The translations under genes and the position numbers were made by a program. 24,507 bases of DNA from Macrostomum lignano (lineage: Eukaryota): NCBI GenBank assembly GCA_002269645.1, contig NIVC01005156.1, positions 1 through 24,507 on the forward strand, given 5' to 3'. Shown in pieces: positions 20,401 to 24,507 of this stretch (the stretch's first letter is position 1; each line of letters starts with the position of its first letter). The notes beneath the pieces are model-generated. The model was not told the DNA's origin. It did not search any database and saw nothing but the letters and a program-made list of their open reading frames with translations.

Positions 20401-21293
20401 AGCATTGAAATTTCAGTAATTCTCTCTAAGAGTCATTATAGCACTACTACAGCATTATAGCGATTCCCTGCAAGCCTCGACATCGTAGGGATTCCCAAAT
20501 GAATATCTTAACTTCGACATGAAGCTTCTTTTATTTTTTACATTACGCTTTTTTAATTAGCGATCCCTCCCCTGAGGAGGCATCAAATAATGTAATAAAA
20601 AGTTTTCAATAAACTACATGTAGCTTCTGACTTTAGCCTTGAAATCTCATTTATACCCCCGTGAGCCTTGACATCTCAGCTATTCCCCCCGTAAGCCTTG
20701 ACATGTCAGCGATGGCGCCCATAAACCTTGAAATCTGAAAAATCCCCTGCTAACCTTGAAACTCGATAAAATATAACCCTCAACCCACACCTGACCTAAA
20801 CCTAACTTTAACCCAACCTAAAGCCTTGAAATCTCAGCAATTCTTCTCCCCTAAGCCTTGACATTTTAGTGATTCCTTCTTTAAGAATCACAGCACTATA
20901 ACGATTTCCACCTAGCTTTGACATCGTAGCAATTCCCAAATGAATCTTTTAACTTCGACATGACTTTTCTTTTATGTATATATAGTGCTACTTTTATTTT
21001 TTACATGACTCTTCTTCTATCAGCGCCTCCCGTGGCGAGCCAACAAAGAATGCAATAAAAAAAATTGAGTAAAGTACATGAACTTTGAATTAGCTTCTGA
21101 CTTTTGCTTTGACATCTCAGAAACCCCCCCCGTAATATCAGTTATTCTCTGAGAGCCTTGACGTCTCAGTTTTTCTCCCCAGCACAGCATTATAGCTGCA
21201 TTTAATTTTTCCATGACACCTTTCATGTCTGACATGACGCTTCTTTTATTCTACTATGATGCTTCTTAATTTTTTAAATGACACTTTCATTAG

Positions 21294-23960
21294 TTTTTAA
21301 ATGACGCTTCTATGATTTTTTCATGACGCTTCTATGATTTTAACATGACGCTTCTATGATTTTTTCATGACGCTTCTATGATTGTTTACATGACGCTTCT
21401 ATGATTGTTTATATGACGCTTCGATGATTTTTAAAATGACGCTTCTATGATTTTTTAAATGACGCTTCTATGATTGTTTACATAACGCTTTTATGATTTT
21501 TACATGACGCTTCTATGATTGTTTACATGACGCTTCTATGATTTTTTACATGACTCTTCTATGATTTTTACATGGCGCTTCTATGATTGTTTACATGGCG
21601 CTTCTATGATTGTTTACATGACGCTTCTATGATTGTTTATATGACGCTTCTATGATTTTTTACATGACGCTTCTATGATTGTTTACACGATGCTTCTATG
21701 ATTTTTTTCATGACGCTTCTATGATTTTTTTACATGACGCTTCTATGATTTTTACATGACGCTTCTATGATTTTTACATGACGCTTCTATGATTGTTTAC
21801 ATGACGCTTCTATGATTGTTTATATGACGCTTCTATGATTTTTTACATGACGCTTCTATGATTTTTTACATGACGCTTCTATGATTGTTTACACGATGCT
21901 TCTATGATTTTTTACATGACGCTTCTATGATTTTTTACATGACGCTTCTATGATTATTTCATGACGCTTCTACGATTTCTGCAGGACGCTTCAATGATTT
22001 TTACATGACGCTTCTATGATTTTTACATGACGCTTCTATGATTGTTTGCATGACGCTTCTATGATTGTTTATATGACGCTTCTATGCTTTTTACATGACG
22101 CTTCTATGATTTTTTACATGACGCTACTATGATTTTTACATTACGCTTCTATGATTGTTTACATGACGCTTCCATGATTGTTTACATGACGCTTCTATGA
22201 TTTTTTACATGACGTTTTTTTGATTTTTATATGACGCCTCTATGATTTTTATATTACGCTCTTACGATTTTTTACATGACTCTTCTATGATTTTTACATG
22301 ACGCTTTAATGATTTTTTCATGACGCTTCTACGATTTTTTACAAGAAGCTTCTATGATTGTTTTACATGACGCTTCTATGATTGTTTGCATGACGCTTCT
22401 ATGATTGTTTACATGACGCTTCTATGATTTTTTACATGACACTTCTATGCTTTTTACATGATGCTTCCACGATTTTTTACATGACGCTTCTATGATTGTT
22501 TACATGACGCTTCTATGATTTTTTACATGACACTTCTATGATTTTTAAATGACGCTTCTACGATTTCTGCAGGACGCTTCAATGATTTTTACATGACACT
22601 TCTATGCTTTTTACATGATGCTTCCACGATTTTTTACATGACACTTCTATGATTTTTTAAATGACGCTTCTACGATTTTTACATGACGCTTTTATGATGT
22701 TTTAGATGACGCTTCTATGATTTTTTACATGACGCTTCTATGATTTTTACATGACCTTCTATGATTGTTTACACGATGCTTCTATGATTTTTTACATGAC
22801 GCTTCTATGATTTTTTACATGACGCTTCTATGATTTTTACATGACGCTTCTATGATTTTTACATGACGCTTCTATGATTGTTTACATGACGCTTCTATGA
22901 TTGTTTATATGACGCTTCTATGATTTTTTACATGACGCTTCTATGATTTTTTACATGACGCTTCTATGATTGTTTACACGATGCTTCTATGATTTTTTAC
23001 ATGACGCTTCTATGATTTTTTACATGACGCTTCTATGATTTTTTACATGACGCTTCTATGATTATTTCATGACGCTTCTACGATTTCTGCAGGACGCTTC
23101 AATGATTTTTACATGACACCTCTATGATTTTTACATGACGCTTCTATGATTTTTTACATGACGTTTTTGATTTTTTATATGACGCCTCTATGATTTTTTA
23201 AATGACGCTTCTATGATTTTTATACGCTCTTACGATATTTTACATGACGCTTCTATGATTGTTTACATGATGCTTCTATGATTGTTTACATGACGCTTCT
23301 ATGATTGTTTACATGACGCTTCTATGATTGTTTACATGACGCTTCTATGATTGTTTACATGACGCTTCTATGATTGTTTACATGATGCTTCTATGATTGT
23401 TTACATGACGCTTCTATGATTGTTTACATGACGCTTCTATGATTGTTTGCATGACGCTTCTATGATTGTTTACATGACGCTTCTATGATTTTTTACATGA
23501 CGCTTCTATGCTTTTTACATGATGCTTCCACGATTTTTTACATGACACTTCCACGATTTTTTACAAGACGCTTCTCTGATTGTTTACATGACGCTTCTAT
23601 GATTTTTTACATGACGCTTCTATGCTTTTTATATGACGCTTCTACGATTTTTACATGACGCTTCTATGATTGTTTACATGACGCTTCTATGATTTTTTAA
23701 ATGACACTTCTATGATTTTTATATGACACTTCTATGATTGTTTACATGACGCTTCTCTGATTGTTTACATGACGCTTCTATGATTGTTTACATGACGCTT
23801 CTATGATTTTTTAAATGACACTTCTATGATTTTTATATGACACTTCTATGATTGTTTACATGACGCTTCTCTGATTGTTTACATGACGCTTCTATGATTG
23901 TTTACATGACGCTTCTATGATTTTTTAAATGACGCTTCTATGATTTTTACATGACGCTTC
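21294..23960. repeat. Satellite B array in X6 (~117 monomers, more heterogeneous)
   Basis: Direct periodicity, with private variants such as TTTCTGCAGGACGCTTCAATGA (x3) and ACACGATGC. Confidence 0.95.
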
Positions 23961-24017
23961 CTTTTAAAAAGTCTTTTAGTTTTCCTGACGTTGAAAAGCT
24001 TTAATTAAAAAATTATA

Positions 24018-24087
24018 CTCTCTAAAAATTCGAACCATCGTTTCTGCATTTAGCAGTTCAGTCTGTTTACCTCTAGGCTAGCTCTCA
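24018..24087 (-). pseudogene. tRNA-derived segment in X6 with intact GGTTCGAAT B-box core
   Basis: Plus-strand aattcgaaccat (24027-24038) reads ATGGTTCGAATT on the minus strand; A-box-like TAGCCTAGAGG at 24070-24080. Confidence 0.45.
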
Positions 24088-24507
24088 TCGTTTTGATAAC
24101 ATGAATTCAGCACTTATAATTATAAGTTTCAAAACTCCAAGCATAGAGTAAATCACACGAGGCAGTTATTACATAATCAATTTCTCAGTCAGTCAGTATC
24201 AGTTAACAATATTGTTGCGCAATCTAAATCAAGTCTGGTGCTACGCTTCCACACTGCATTTTCAATACTGTGACGCAATTCAAGTCGGAGTTACAATTCA
24301 TTATGATGTAATCCATTCAGAATCAGAATTCAACCAGTCAGTTTTTTCTCTCTAGCATTCTTACAATGCATTTCAAGTCGAAAAGTTTGCTTGACCTTTG
24401 CAAAAAAGCATGTTTTTCGAATATTTAATCGCTTTAACATGGAGCAATTTCTTAGCCAAGATGCATGTACCGTCCCAGGAAATTTCCTGATCGAACAGTG
24501 CAAGTTC

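Larger units (their letters stand above)
20151..24507 (-). mobile_element. Non-autonomous Helitron X6 (divergent copy; 5' end just beyond the window)
   Basis: CTAG at 20151-20154 plus hairpin; same module order; window ends inside the 5' arm. Confidence 0.8.

Overview
Eukaryotic, AT-rich, entirely repeat-derived DNA with no credible protein-coding gene; all listed ORFs fall in repeats. The window resolves into eight non-autonomous Helitron-like (rolling-circle) elements, all on the minus strand and joined head-to-tail with no spacer and no target-site duplication. Six belong to family X (1683-4937, 4938-7564, 7565-13642, 13643-16938, 16939-20150, 20151->24507) and two to family Y (<1-1682, and 10461-13255 nested in X3). 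Each element has an invariant 5' end (TCCTATATACTAAAAATG, 11 copies in the window), a tetranucleotide microsatellite, a degenerate tRNA-like Pol III cassette with an oligo-T terminator, a large 22-23-bp minisatellite array (a different but homologous monomer in X and Y), and a GC-rich hairpin 12 nt before a CTAG 3' end. Filled and empty sites in the same window suggest that 5' termini, or sequences resembling them, are re-used as insertion targets. Family X also carries three stacked 3' termini and unexpanded seeds of its satellite. Host species cannot be determined from the sequence. Scattered homopolymer indels suggest long-read consensus error.
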